The notes: generated by a model not told the origin, from the sequence alone. A stretch of 64,000 nt of DNA from a virus (IMGVR_UViG_3300029705_006902:1-64000); one strand, 5' to 3'; positions 36,268-46,629 are shown, numbered from the stretch's first letter. Numbers and translations: made by a program.

Positions 36268-38703
36268 TTAGTCAAGAATTACAATATTAAGTCCGTCAGA
36301 AGCTGTGGGCATCGGAACGAACTTTGTTTTACCAACGGTAAGCTCACCGTCAACAGTGGTTTTCTTTGTTATGGTTTCATCCTTATTTAGGGTGAATATT
36401 TTCTCATCGTTGTAATAACCGGAAAACTCCGTGTTGTTAATAACCGTTCTTTGTGGTGAATCGGCATTGGAAACTTCAATACCTCTTCGGTCGATTTTCA
36501 CCTCGGTGGTGTATATCTCGTTGGGTGCGGGAGTCCATTTCTGAACTATAGAACCCTCGGTAATCATAATGTCACCTATATACAAAGAGGCAGCTCTGCT
36601 GTATGCGTAAATGGTTATGGTACCGTCTTGCACATCATCGATTACTGCAGTAAAATCCTGCCAATCAAATGCAGAAGAAGTATTGAATAAATCCACATAC
36701 TTATCACCGTTATATGTCACACGGAAATAACCTGAGTATGTGCTTGTCTTTTTTGCTCTCAATGACACCACATAGGAAGTTCCGGTAACAACGCCCGTTA
36801 TAACCTGGGTAAGGTCAGAATAAGCACCGAGAACGAAGCAAGAATCGGCTGTCGTGTTATTCTGCGTGTCAGTGGCGCTATTTGAGGATACTGTTCCGCT
36901 GTAAGTCCAGTCATCGGATAATCCGTTAAGACCCGATGAGTTTTTCACCAGGTTTATACCACCGATGAAACGCTCCGATACTTTGACACCCAAACCTTCA
37001 ACCGTGTGTTCAAGTTCGGAGATTTTCTCTTGAGCAACAATAAGTTCATCGCTTTGATTACCAAGTTCATCGGTTACTGTTTTCACTGTTTCCGTAAGGT
37101 CTGATACATAGCTTGTAAGACCTTCGGCTGTTGTTTGAAGTTCAGATGTTTTCTCGTTTGTTTTTACGATGTCTTCTTGTATACCCTCTATTGAAAGATT
37201 TGTCTCTTCAAGGGAAGAGGTTGTTGCATAAGCATTTAAATGCACTTCGCCCGTTTCCAAGTCCCAATAGGAAGAACCATCTTGTGACTGAAGGACACCC
37301 GCTTTGATGATATTGGCAACAAGAGTACCGGAAGTAATAAAATCAGCTACGATTTCACCACCGGAGGTTATTGCCGTTGTATAGGGTCCGTTATAACCAT
37401 TACTGCTGAAACCGAGACCACCCACATTCCAACGCCACACATTTACGGCAGTGTTAATATCGGGGTTGTCAAGAATAAGCAGTTCATACGGCTGTCCGTT
37501 CTCGGAATAGGTATTGATAACCACGTATCCACCGCTTTGACCGGTAATAAGACCGGTAGCTCTTTCGATAGCTGCGTTCATCAATTTTGGAAAACGCTCT
37601 ACTTTTGCCACGGCTTTATCGGTGTTTTCCTGTACCTCGGAAATGGTGTGCAGCAAGTTCGCACCGGACGCGCCGAGGGTTATGGATACATATTTTTCGG
37701 AAAGCGTATCGTAGACCGTGGTTATTACTTTTGCTTTTGCCTTTAAACCGAGCTTTGAGTGTCTCACCAACAAAGTATCGCATAAAGAAACTCGTTCCAA
37801 TACAGTGGCATATTCGGGGTATTTCCATAAAGGTTCAAAGGAAACTTTGATGTTCGGAATTACAGTGCCGAGAGCATTGTTCTCTATGTATGTGTTTGCT
37901 TTTGACCTCAGAGCGGACTCCGTCAACTCTTCTCCTTCAGAGAAAGAATCGGAGAAATCCTTGATGAGGGTTTTTCTTGTAGTAAGAGATGTGTCAACCA
38001 CCGGAAGCAGAACTTCTGAAAGAGTAACAACGGTTTCGTTACCGTCCATGTCGCTTGAAACAGCAAAGGGCAAAATATCTGTATATAAAGCGGTGTTGTC
38101 ATTTTCATGTTCAAGAGCCGTTAGGTTCTTTCCGTATTCAATAACAACACCGGTCTTTGTGCCTCTGCCTTGATGATGAATAATGTGGAAATTATCCCAT
38201 TCAAATTCGCCACCCCATAAAGACAACATCGAACCTTCAGCACCACCGAGACAAGCTCTTACGCTTTGGGGCCTGGAAACAGAGAAAGGCTTTGATGAAG
38301 AATAGTCTGTACTGCAAATAAAATTATGGGTTGTTGCCGTATTGGAAAAGATTTTATTCATTACAAGCGGTGCAGACATATTTTCATCCGACCATATTAG
38401 CTCTGCAATATTGCAAAGGTCATAAGAGATGTGCTGTGCGTAAACAGTTATGATGTTTTCAATGGGAGTAGTTATTCTGTAAATTCGGAACAACTGATTA
38501 TCGGAGGTATCATTCGGTTTAGCTTTTATAAGCCTTTCCGTTTGTATCTCTGTGTATAAGGGTCCGTTGGTAGGATACTTCAGCACGAGTTCATAGGAGC
38601 CGTTTCTTTCCTCAGTAACTTCACAAAAGGTGCAATCCGTAAGAGTTCCTATGCCGTAGGTTTTGAAGTTGGTAGCGTTTGCCTTGTATAAAACAGGAAT
38701 CAT
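36268..38703 (-). CDS. Tail spike/Tal (prophage endopeptidase tail family, 811 aa from MIPVLY)
   Basis: CEVTEERNGSYELVLKYP, WGGEFEWDNF, IEYGKNL, ADFITSGTL; carbohydrate-binding-like C-terminal module. Confidence 0.85.
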   Translation of the reverse strand: MIPVLYKANATNFKTYGIGTLTDCTFCEVTEERNGSYELVLKYPTNGPLYTEIQTERLIKAKPNDTSDNQLFRIYRITTPIENIITVYAQHISYDLCNIAELIWSDENMSAPLVMNKIFSNTATTHNFICSTDYSSSKPFSVSRPQSVRACLGGAEGSMLSLWGGEFEWDNFHIIHHQGRGTKTGVVIEYGKNLTALEHENDNTALYTDILPFAVSSDMDGNETVVTLSEVLLPVVDTSLTTRKTLIKDFSDSFSEGEELTESALRSKANTYIENNALGTVIPNIKVSFEPLWKYPEYATVLERVSLCDTLLVRHSKLGLKAKAKVITTVYDTLSEKYVSITLGASGANLLHTISEVQENTDKAVAKVERFPKLMNAAIERATGLITGQSGGYVVINTYSENGQPYELLILDNPDINTAVNVWRWNVGGLGFSSNGYNGPYTTAITSGGEIVADFITSGTLVANIIKAGVLQSQDGSSYWDLETGEVHLNAYATTSSLEETNLSIEGIQEDIVKTNEKTSELQTTAEGLTSYVSDLTETVKTVTDELGNQSDELIVAQEKISELEHTVEGLGVKVSERFIGGINLVKNSSGLNGLSDDWTYSGTVSSNSATDTQNNTTADSCFVLGAYSDLTQVITGVVTGTSYVVSLRAKKTSTYSGYFRVTYNGDKYVDLFNTSSAFDWQDFTAVIDDVQDGTITIYAYSRAASLYIGDIMITEGSIVQKWTPAPNEIYTTEVKIDRRGIEVSNADSPQRTVINNTEFSGYYNDEKIFTLNKDETITKKTTVDGELTVGKTKFVPMPTASDGLNIVILD

Positions 38704-39428
38704 AATGTCACCCACCTCGGCATTACATACGCACCGGTTATCCCACCGGAAAAAGTGAATGTATTTCCGCCGGGATAAAGGATCGGGAAACCTTCACCCT
38801 CAACAGCATCGTTTTCCGGTGTCGAACCTTTATAAAAGTTCATAAGGTCGCTGTCTATTTCGATATACTGCTGAATATTGGAAAAGGTCCAGCTCTTTTT
38901 TGAGCCGGGAGAGGTTATTGTAAGAGTTCCGCTACCATTGCCCGTAAGCATAATATATGGTTTTGCTTCAAAGGCTGTGGGATTTTCAATGACGGTACCG
39001 GAAGACACGCTGATTTCATTAAAACCATCTACTGCATATCTGAAAGGCAAACAAGAAAAGCTGATAGTGAAAACGCCTATTCGATTAAGCTCATCTTCAA
39101 TATCAAGCTTGCTTGCAAACACAGCCTTTCTGAAATACTTCTCATCGTAAGTATCACGCAGTTCGTGATAAACATTCGGTTCTGCGTAAAGCCAGGCTTT
39201 AACGGCTGAAATCTTATCTGCAAGTTCTTCTTTCGATTTTGCGGGTAAGAAAACAGAATAGACCACTTGCACATTTCCATATCTGCCATTCGGTGATATT
39301 AAATCTCCGTTTCTTCCCGGAATAGCGGTAAATTCAGTTTCATATTTCGGCGCAGAAAAAACATCCTTCTTTTCGATGCGAAGACCCATATAATCTGAAT
39401 TCACGCCTGCATATTCAAAGTAGTTCAC
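38700..39428 (-). CDS. Distal tail protein (Dit, 242 aa)
   Basis: Directly after the tape measure gene; IPGRNGD...FSCLPFRY...FPILYPGGN...PRW. Confidence 0.85.
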   Translation of the reverse strand: MNYFEYAGVNSDYMGLRIEKKDVFSAPKYETEFTAIPGRNGDLISPNGRYGNVQVVYSVFLPAKSKEELADKISAVKAWLYAEPNVYHELRDTYDEKYFRKAVFASKLDIEDELNRIGVFTISFSCLPFRYAVDGFNEISVSSGTVIENPTAFEAKPYIMLTGNGSGTLTITSPGSKKSWTFSNIQQYIEIDSDLMNFYKGSTPENDAVEGEGFPILYPGGNTFTFSGGITGAYVMPRWVTL

Positions 39429-42037
39429 GCAAAGACCACTCCTTTCCTTTGAGCAAACTGTCCGGCTGTTACAAGAATTTCATTTGTAAGGTCACGGACA
39501 TCTTCACTCGAATAATTATTGAATTTATCGATGTTAAGCTGAAGAGTAAGACCACTCGTTTTTGAATGCCCCGTCGGAGCATAGAGCTCGTCTCCAAGAC
39601 TGCTATCAACAGAAAAATTCGTGGGAAGAGCTGTTGACATATCCTCTGCGAGAGAATGCATAACATCATTAATGTCTCCGCTCATCTTTTCTGCTGCTTT
39701 TACAGCTTCACCACCGTTGCTGTCAATTGAACCGGAGAGACCCTTTACAAGCATCTCACCGATCCAAGCCATCTCACGAGAAGGTGATCTGATACCGAAG
39801 AAATCACAAATGCCGTCCCAGATGCTGTTTATCCAGGCACTGACCTTGTTCCATAACCAGGATTTTAAGGTTTGAATACCTGACCATAAACCCTGAACGA
39901 TATTTTTACCGACATTGGTAATTTTGTAGATTTGTCCGGTTAAGGTATTTACAATGCCTGTGATGATTTGAGGTACGGCCTTTACAATACTTGCAATTAC
40001 AGACGGCAGATTTTTAATGAGTGATACAAGCAAGGTAACACCGACTTTCGCAATCTTACCTACATTGTTCGTAAAGAGCGTCACAATAGAAGTAACAATC
40101 TGTGGAAGAGCTGCTACGATTGTTGTAATAATCTGCGGTAATGAACTTATCAAAGAAACAAGTAATCTGACACCAGCCTCAATGATGAGAGGTATATTGC
40201 TTAAAATTGCATTGATAACACTTGTAATAATCTGCGGAATAGCAGTAAGTATTGTTTGAATGATGGTCGGTAGATTTGTAATCAGTGAAGTTAAGAGCTG
40301 TATACCTGCGTCAATGATAAGGGGTATCGATTCAAGTAAGAAATTTACTATCGCACCGATTACCTCGGGCAGAGCTTCAACCAACACAGGTATTGCTGCG
40401 AGAATACCCTCAACCAAGCCAAGCACCAACTGCAAGGCCGCATTGAGAATGAGAGGCAGGTTTTCTACCAAGGTAGTACAAATCTGTACAACCATACTGA
40501 TAATCGATGGTATAAGGGTCGGCAATGCAGTACCTATTCCCATAGCCAAAGTTGCTACAACTTGTAAAGCTGTCTCAAGTATCATCGGCAAGTTTGCGAT
40601 TATACCCTCCAGCAGCGTAACTACAAGCAATAAAGCCGCCTCACCGATTTGCGGTAACGCTTCGGTAAGACCCGTCAAAATAGTAAAAATAATCTGTGAA
40701 GTACTTTCTACTATTTGAGGTAGGTTATCGACAATAGCACCGCCCAATGCAGAAATAATCTCACCGACTATTTCAATCATTTCAGGTACGAACTCCATCA
40801 TAAGGTCAAGAGCTTTCGGTAAAATCCCACCGATTACATCTGACATTGCTCCTATGTCACCATTTGCATCAAGTATTCCGTTGGTGAACTCACCGAGAAG
40901 ACCTACGCCTTCTCCGGCAAGCTGTGTCAGGATGGGAAGAAGAACAGTGCCGAGAGCATTTTTGGCAGCATCAGCGCCGACTGCCAAATACTGAAGTTGG
41001 TCATCGAAAGCACCATAAGCATTGAGCATATCATCGCTGATGACATATCCGGCAGCTTGTGCTTGTTCACCAAGTTCATTCATTCTTTCAGCTCCGGCTT
41101 CAATTAATGGGTTTAATTCCTGCGCGGATTTACCGAGAATTTGCATTGCAAGAGCATCACGCTCGGTTTCATTTTCCATTTTGCCGAGTGCATCGATAAC
41201 TTCCCAATATACGGTATCCGAATCACGCATGGTACCGTCAGCATTGAGAACAGACACACCAAGTGCATCGTAGGCTTCAACGGAGAGTTTGGTACCGTCT
41301 TGCACAGCCTTCATCGATTTGATTTGTTTTGCCATCGACTTGGTGAGAGTTTCGGTAGAAACATCCACAAGTTCAGCGGCATACATATATTCCTGGAGCT
41401 TATCTGTGGCAATGCCTGTCTGCGTTGATGTAGTTAAAACATCATCGGCATAAGCTGCACCTTCTTTTGACATGTCAATAAGAGCCTTGCCGGCGGCAAC
41501 AGCAGCTGTGCCTACGGCAGCGAAAGCTGTAGCCATTGCTGCACCTACTGCCTTACATACACTGCCGAGCTTTTCGAACTTGCCACTGGCATCTTCACTT
41601 TCCTTGCCGGCATCTTCGATTTCCTCTCCGAAATCATCTGCATTCTTTTCTGCATCATCGAGTCCATCGGAAGCCTTTTCGAGTTGGCTATTGTTTTCCT
41701 TAAGCTCACTTTCAAGGCCATTAAGGGCTGCCTCAGCGTTGTTTAATTGTATCTGCCAGTTTTGTGTTCTTCGGTCATTTTCACCAAAAGAAGTGGCGGC
41801 ATTTTCCAGTGCCGCCTTAAGAGTTTCAATTTTCTGTTTTTGTGCTTCAATTTCTTTATTTAAAACCTGGTTACGAGCAGTGAGAGCTTCGACAGAGTTA
41901 TCATTTTTACCGAACTGCGACTGAACGAGCTTCATTTCAGAACCGAGAACCTTAAAACTCTGATTAATTTCAGATAAGGCTTTCTTGAACTCTTTTTCAC
42001 CTTCAAGTCCGATTTTTAAACCGAAATCATCTGCCAT
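39425..42037 (-). CDS. Tape measure protein (870 aa)
   Basis: MADDFGLKIGLEGEKEFK start, coiled coil, 11/22-residue hydrophobic repeats. Confidence 0.9.
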   Translation of the reverse strand: MADDFGLKIGLEGEKEFKKALSEINQSFKVLGSEMKLVQSQFGKNDNSVEALTARNQVLNKEIEAQKQKIETLKAALENAATSFGENDRRTQNWQIQLNNAEAALNGLESELKENNSQLEKASDGLDDAEKNADDFGEEIEDAGKESEDASGKFEKLGSVCKAVGAAMATAFAAVGTAAVAAGKALIDMSKEGAAYADDVLTTSTQTGIATDKLQEYMYAAELVDVSTETLTKSMAKQIKSMKAVQDGTKLSVEAYDALGVSVLNADGTMRDSDTVYWEVIDALGKMENETERDALAMQILGKSAQELNPLIEAGAERMNELGEQAQAAGYVISDDMLNAYGAFDDQLQYLAVGADAAKNALGTVLLPILTQLAGEGVGLLGEFTNGILDANGDIGAMSDVIGGILPKALDLMMEFVPEMIEIVGEIISALGGAIVDNLPQIVESTSQIIFTILTGLTEALPQIGEAALLLVVTLLEGIIANLPMILETALQVVATLAMGIGTALPTLIPSIISMVVQICTTLVENLPLILNAALQLVLGLVEGILAAIPVLVEALPEVIGAIVNFLLESIPLIIDAGIQLLTSLITNLPTIIQTILTAIPQIITSVINAILSNIPLIIEAGVRLLVSLISSLPQIITTIVAALPQIVTSIVTLFTNNVGKIAKVGVTLLVSLIKNLPSVIASIVKAVPQIITGIVNTLTGQIYKITNVGKNIVQGLWSGIQTLKSWLWNKVSAWINSIWDGICDFFGIRSPSREMAWIGEMLVKGLSGSIDSNGGEAVKAAEKMSGDINDVMHSLAEDMSTALPTNFSVDSSLGDELYAPTGHSKTSGLTLQLNIDKFNNYSSEDVRDLTNEILVTAGQFAQRKGVVFA

Positions 42038-42048
42038 GCTAACACCTC

Positions 42049-42846
42049 CTAATCAGTAATTTTTACGGCAACAACTATGCCTTGTCCCGTAGTTGCCGGG
42101 TTTGGAGTAATGGCAACGGAAACTATAGTAGGCGGAGTTGTGTCCGGTATCTTTTCAAATGTTGCTGTGTATGATTTTGATGTTGTGAAAGCGTTTATAA
42201 GATTTGCATCTACACTAAAAGTGCGCGATGCATTTGTGTTGCCATCAGACCAGGAAACGAATCTGTACCCGGCAGAGGGTGTAGCTTTTATCGTATAAGA
42301 AGTTCCGAATTTATATGTCCCTGCTCCGCTGACAGTGCCACCGCCATTTGAGTTCACGCTGACAACACAAGACGGTTCCGTATAGTCGATGGCAAAGGAT
42401 GAGCTTTTCCAATACCACTTTCGGGTGATGGTTGCCGAAAACCATATACACAAGTTTTTTGTTCCTGAATAAACTCCGGCTTTTGATGTCATTGAATTAA
42501 ACATATCCGTCAAACGTTTTGACGTACCATCAATAACACTGTTTTTGTTAATCGCAGCAGTTAAGTAATCTTTACCCGTTTGAAACAAAGGATCTATTTT
42601 GTAGCCACCGGCTGAAAAATATGAATCCGTTTCTGCTTCAAGGTTGTAACGACAGTCACCTTTGGTAGAAAGACTGGTTTTAAATTGTAATGTAACTCTT
42701 ACATCATCAATTCTTGAATATGCTGGAATGTACATCTGCATCTGACTAACAGAGGATGAGGCGTTTGTTACAAGTAAACAGTGGGTCATTTTAAGACCGG
42801 TGCCCTCTGTATTATCACTACAGAAAGACACAGAACGTGTAGGCAT
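42049..42846 (-). CDS. Inserted structural/accessory protein with a beta-repeat domain (265 aa from MPTRSV)
   Basis: GGGTVSGAGTY..G...TIKATPSAGYRFVSWSDG (InlB-B/Flg_new-like repeat); C-terminal PPTIVSVAITPNPA. Confidence 0.65.
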   Translation of the reverse strand: MPTRSVSFCSDNTEGTGLKMTHCLLVTNASSSVSQMQMYIPAYSRIDDVRVTLQFKTSLSTKGDCRYNLEAETDSYFSAGGYKIDPLFQTGKDYLTAAINKNSVIDGTSKRLTDMFNSMTSKAGVYSGTKNLCIWFSATITRKWYWKSSSFAIDYTEPSCVVSVNSNGGGTVSGAGTYKFGTSYTIKATPSAGYRFVSWSDGNTNASRTFSVDANLINAFTTSKSYTATFEKIPDTTPPTIVSVAITPNPATTGQGIVVAVKITD

Positions 42847-42847
42847 A

Positions 42848-43144
42848 TTAATCACGCTCCTTAACAACAATATCTATATATGCTTTCAACTTTTCAGGTG
42901 GAATTTCAACATTCACCACGAGATGATATAAGCCTTTATGCGAGGGGGATAAAAATACACGAAGGCATCTGCCGTCAATTTGGCAGACACCCTCGCTTTC
43001 AATTGATTCAGTTTTATGCTCAATCAGTTTATATTTTGCATCAGTGATAACAATCGTTTCATCAGCATCTTTGCTGCAAACCATAAAGTCGATATACTTT
43101 TCTTCACCGAGCAAAAATGTGCGTGATTCAATCACAGTTACCAC
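42848..43144 (-). CDS. Hypothetical beta-rich phage protein (98 aa)
   Basis: Coupled ORF with RBS GGAGG-like AGGACGG. Confidence 0.6.
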   Translation of the reverse strand: MVTVIESRTFLLGEEKYIDFMVCSKDADETIVITDAKYKLIEHKTESIESEGVCQIDGRCLRVFLSPSHKGLYHLVVNVEIPPEKLKAYIDIVVKERD

Positions 43145-43427
43145 CGTCCTTTATAATAACAAGTTCGAGTTTTTGAGGTAGGAGCTGAATTTTATATTTG
43201 CTTTCTTTTAAACAAAGATGAACCCTGCCTTTAAGCATATATAGAATTCCCGTCCAATAAGCAAAATAGCCCTCACTGTCGAGGGCGTAAATCTCTGTAG
43301 CGTATTGACCATCAGTCATATCGGGAGGTACGGTGCATTCCCACTCATTACCTCCCGTTGGTGTAAACTCAAGGTCAAAGTTATCAGCCTTGCCGTAAAC
43401 TCGAACTATCTGTCTGTCAGTTCTCAT
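43128..43427 (-). CDS. Small Ig-like phage protein (99 aa)
   Basis: VRVYGKAD...WECTVP...GQY..EIYA.D..G. Confidence 0.6.
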   Translation of the reverse strand: MRTDRQIVRVYGKADNFDLEFTPTGGNEWECTVPPDMTDGQYATEIYALDSEGYFAYWTGILYMLKGRVHLCLKESKYKIQLLPQKLELVIIKDGGNCD

Positions 43428-44337
43428 CGACTACTACCGAAATGGTATAAGTCTTACCTGCATCGGCAGGATTAGGCTCGATGACAACGGAACGGATAAC
43501 GGGAGCGTTGGTTTTTACTGTAACAGTCCTTGTAACAGTTGTAGTCTTGCCGGCAGAGTCTGTTGCGGTAACTTTGATTTCGTTAACGCCTTCATCAAGG
43601 GTTATATCCTTGGTAAACGAACCATCACCGCTTACAGTAACCGTACCTTGGTCCTTTGTACCTACAGAAATCTTAACCGTTACAGGTGTTGAAATACTGT
43701 CGGAGGTTGTACCGGAAACAGTGATAGTTTTCTTATTGGTGATTGAACCCTGGGTAGGACTTGTAACATTAAGAGAAGGAGCAACTGTGTCAACTGTAAA
43801 CGAAACGGATTTTGTTACTGCGGCGTTACCATCGTTATCCGATACATCGATTGATATGTTGTTTTCTCCATCGGGAAGAACGGATGAAGGTGTGTAGGTG
43901 CAGTTGTATCCACCCGTGACAGGACTTGAGGAAATCTTCGATACATCGACTTTTGCACCGTTAACTTTAAGCACAAGGCTTGAAAGATTAATACCGGAGA
44001 AGCCTGATGTCTGTGATACATTATCAAGAATAGTAAATGCAATTGCGGGTTTGCCATCCGTATTAAGAGCACCATCTGTAGGTGAAATAATACTGATAAC
44101 AGGAACAACTTTCTCTTTAACAACAAGACGAAGGCTCGAACCGAGGGTAGAATGGTTACTGTCTGCTGTCGCTGTGTTTCCGGCATCATCAGTAGCCGAA
44201 ACCGACACAGGATAATAGCCGCCATCAAGATTAAACGATGAACCCTGGGGAGCATTGAGCGTTGCTTCATAAGCACCCGTTGAAGAGTTATATGTCAAAG
44301 TATATGTTTGACCATTTATGGTTGTTGTTACTTGCAT
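43417..44337 (-). CDS. Multi-Ig-domain phage protein (306 aa)
   Basis: Tandem Ig-like units (DGENNISIDVSDNDGN, DEGVNEIKVTATDSAG); RBS GAAAGGA. Confidence 0.8.
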   Translation of the reverse strand: MQVTTTINGQTYTLTYNSSTGAYEATLNAPQGSSFNLDGGYYPVSVSATDDAGNTATADSNHSTLGSSLRLVVKEKVVPVISIISPTDGALNTDGKPAIAFTILDNVSQTSGFSGINLSSLVLKVNGAKVDVSKISSSPVTGGYNCTYTPSSVLPDGENNISIDVSDNDGNAAVTKSVSFTVDTVAPSLNVTSPTQGSITNKKTITVSGTTSDSISTPVTVKISVGTKDQGTVTVSGDGSFTKDITLDEGVNEIKVTATDSAGKTTTVTRTVTVKTNAPVIRSVVIEPNPADAGKTYTISVVVDEN

Positions 44338-44354
44338 ATTCTTTTATCCTTTCG

Positions 44355-44564
44355 TTAGATTCCGTCGGGGATAATATCATCAATGAAATTTTCCCTTTTC
44401 GGTTTGGATATGCCTGTGAATTGTTTGTGGCACTCCCACAGGTCAAGGAGTAATCCGAAAGGCATCAGCATGGTTTCATCCATTGTAAGATTGAGCTGTG
44501 CCATTCCGTAATAAAGAAGTCGAGTAAACAACTCTTCGTCACTTACTCGACCACTGCGTTTTTT
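44355..44564 (-). CDS. -1 frameshift extension of the tail assembly chaperone (gpGT-like; not in the ORF track)
   Basis: Slippery A AAA AAC at 44558-44564; 9-bp stem 6 nt downstream; open -1 frame RSGRVSDEELFTRLLYYG...IPDGI. Confidence 0.8.
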   Translation of the reverse strand, partial: KKRSGRVSDEELFTRLLYYGMAQLNLTMDETMLMPFGLLLDLWECHKQFTGISKPKRENFIDDIIPDGI

Positions 44565-44926
44565 GGCTCGTTTTCGCTTTCGATATTACGCTTCGTTCCT
44601 TTATACAGAGCCTCTGTAATTGCTGTCTTGTATTCGGCAAATTCAAAGGGTGTGGTGAGGATTTCAACCTCTTCTTCCGTTAAGAGAGGTTTTGGGGTTT
44701 CCTTATTCTTAAGATTGAAAATAAGGATAGACTGATTTGCGAGAAGAGTAACAAGCCACACAATTTCGGCTATTGCCATTTCAAAGTTTTCACTTTTCAT
44801 CAGCTTATCACCGAGATTTTCAAGACCGCCGTAACGACTTGCTATTTCCTTGGTGGCTCTTGTCGAAAGCACAAGTTCGTACTCTTCACCACCGATGGTG
44901 ATTTTAGCACTGCGTTCGTCAATCAT
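44543..44926 (-). CDS. Tail assembly chaperone (gpG-like, 127 aa)
   Basis: Position between major tail and tape measure genes; slippery site at the 3' end. Confidence 0.8.
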   Translation of the reverse strand: MIDERSAKITIGGEEYELVLSTRATKEIASRYGGLENLGDKLMKSENFEMAIAEIVWLVTLLANQSILIFNLKNKETPKPLLTEEEVEILTTPFEFAEYKTAITEALYKGTKRNIESENEPKNAVVE

Positions 44927-44929
44927 TTA

Positions 44930-45532
44930 TTAACCCTCCTCACTTGCTGCTGAAGCCTGGGAAGGCTCATAAACTTCATCATACCAACCTTTGATGATTG
45001 CTGTGTTTACAGAACTGTCACCTTCGGTAACTTCTGCTTTCCAGGGGTGTTTCCCGTTTGCGGAGGGTTTGTTTCTGCGAAGAATAGTACCCTCAATGGT
45101 AGGTGTTGAGAAAGTGATTGAATCGCCCTTGGTAGCAAGGTTAGTAGCAGGAATGCCGAACTTAACTCTATACAGCCAGTAGTATTTATACTTTCCGTTT
45201 GATTTCTTTGCTCTGAAACCGACTGCAACGGGGTCAGCACTGTCCTCAGTAGAAGAAACAAGTACATAGTTGTCATCAATCGTTGCGCCTGTAAGGTCAG
45301 AAGCAACGGAAGCACCGATATCATCGATGCCGAGTGAGAGTGTACCTGACTTGAATTCCTTAACGATTTCAGCAGCACCATCATCAGCATAGAGAGTTGC
45401 CTCTGCAAGTTCAACCGAAAGTTCTGCTGTCATTGCTTTTGCAAGGGGTACAGGCTTTGCATAGGTTTCATTGCCGTCTTTGTCTTCGGTAATTTTTGAA
45501 TAATAAAGTTTATCAAGACCAATGGTAGCCAT
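44930..45532 (-). CDS. Major tail protein (phi13 family, 200 aa)
   Basis: MATIGLDKLYY...LYADDG...YWLYRVKF. Confidence 0.88.
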   Translation of the reverse strand: MATIGLDKLYYSKITEDKDGNETYAKPVPLAKAMTAELSVELAEATLYADDGAAEIVKEFKSGTLSLGIDDIGASVASDLTGATIDDNYVLVSSTEDSADPVAVGFRAKKSNGKYKYYWLYRVKFGIPATNLATKGDSITFSTPTIEGTILRRNKPSANGKHPWKAEVTEGDSSVNTAIIKGWYDEVYEPSQASAASEEG

Positions 45533-45876
45533 TAGATTTCCTCCATTTCATAATTTTTTGCCACGTCAATGGCATAATGGTGATATCCGGTACTATCCTC
45601 ATGGGTGATGTACCTTCTATCCGTTATGGTTATATCCGCCTGTAACAACAACCGGACTATTTGATTTTTCTTCTTCGTGTAATTTCCCTTGTCAAAAAGA
45701 GAAATCCGAACTTCTTGTATTTCGTTTATCGGAAAGTTGTCAGCCGATAAAGGAAAAGTATCCACCGTTGGTGTAAGCACGACATAACTTTCCGGGGCAG
45801 TATCTGAAAAAACACCCGTTTCGACAGCAATACCGATACTTTCAATAATGCTTTTAAGTTCCGATAAAAGGCTCAC
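45532..45876 (-). CDS. Tail terminator/completion protein (114 aa, GTG start)
   Basis: Synteny; GTGA overlap with the upstream gene. Confidence 0.7.
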   Translation of the reverse strand: MSLLSELKSIIESIGIAVETGVFSDTAPESYVVLTPTVDTFPLSADNFPINEIQEVRISLFDKGNYTKKKNQIVRLLLQADITITDRRYITHEDSTGYHHYAIDVAKNYEMEEI

Positions 45877-46304
45877 AAACCGCCCACCTCGCTTTCGAGG
45901 ACTTCTTTCATCCGTGCAATACAAGCGGATTTAGAGGAGGTTTTCGCGGGTTTCAGAAAGGGTTTAGCAGGTTGTCCGTGCCTTCCATATTCGATGATGT
46001 TCGCAATTTTTGCATTGCTTTCACCGTCTGTACGAGGTTCAGAGAAACCTATCTTAATATTGTGGTTGCCGTTTCGGTCGAGCTTCACAGAGGAGAGACC
46101 TAAACTTCGTTCAAGTTCGCCTGTGGAGCGTGACTCATATTTTGTTCCGCTGCCTATAACGGAAGAAAGATTACTTTTTACCTTGGCAAGAACAACCTCA
46201 CCACCGGCTTCAAGAACTCTTTCAGCAACCGCATCACTTTTTTCTGCTAATTTCGAGAACTTTGTGAGTAAGTCTTCGGGCAATTTTACTGTAACTTTAG
46301 CCAC
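45873..46304 (-). CDS. HK97 gp10-like tail-completion protein (143 aa)
   Basis: STGELERS...EYG...QPAKPFLKPA. Confidence 0.85.
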   Translation of the reverse strand: MAKVTVKLPEDLLTKFSKLAEKSDAVAERVLEAGGEVVLAKVKSNLSSVIGSGTKYESRSTGELERSLGLSSVKLDRNGNHNIKIGFSEPRTDGESNAKIANIIEYGRHGQPAKPFLKPAKTSSKSACIARMKEVLESEVGGL

Positions 46305-46629
46305 TTTCTTTTACCTCCTTTGCAAGAACTTCAACATACATTCCTCTTCCTTTTACATCCTCAACGGAGATTATTTCAAACACTCTGCCATCGCAGTGTA
46401 TTTGCATTTCGGTTGTTACCGTCAAATGTGGGATTGAACGAAAGCGGAAAAGTTCTGTGGCATCAGAGAACACAGCTCTGTTTGCCCATCTTTCACTTCC
46501 GTGTCTGCCTTCACGATAAGCTCTCACAGAAACAATCACATCGTGGCCTATGGTTTTGAAGCCTTCGTTATCTATGGATATTCTCTTGCCCGTAATGTAA
46601 ATGGGAGTATTCATTTTTCCGAAAGACAT
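46297..46629 (-). CDS. Head closure/head-tail adaptor (110 aa from MSFGK)
   Basis: Synteny; FRFR...I.CDGRVFEIISVEDVKGR. Confidence 0.8.
   Translation of the reverse strand: MSFGKMNTPIYITGKRISIDNEGFKTIGHDVIVSVRAYREGRHGSERWANRAVFSDATELFRFRSIPHLTVTTEMQIHCDGRVFEIISVEDVKGRGMYVEVLAKEVKESG

Noticed and set aside
33743-38703. Diversity-generating retroelement targeting the tail fibre
   Set aside because: No reverse transcriptase in the window, and no template/variable repeat pair with adenine-specific mismatches was noticed.
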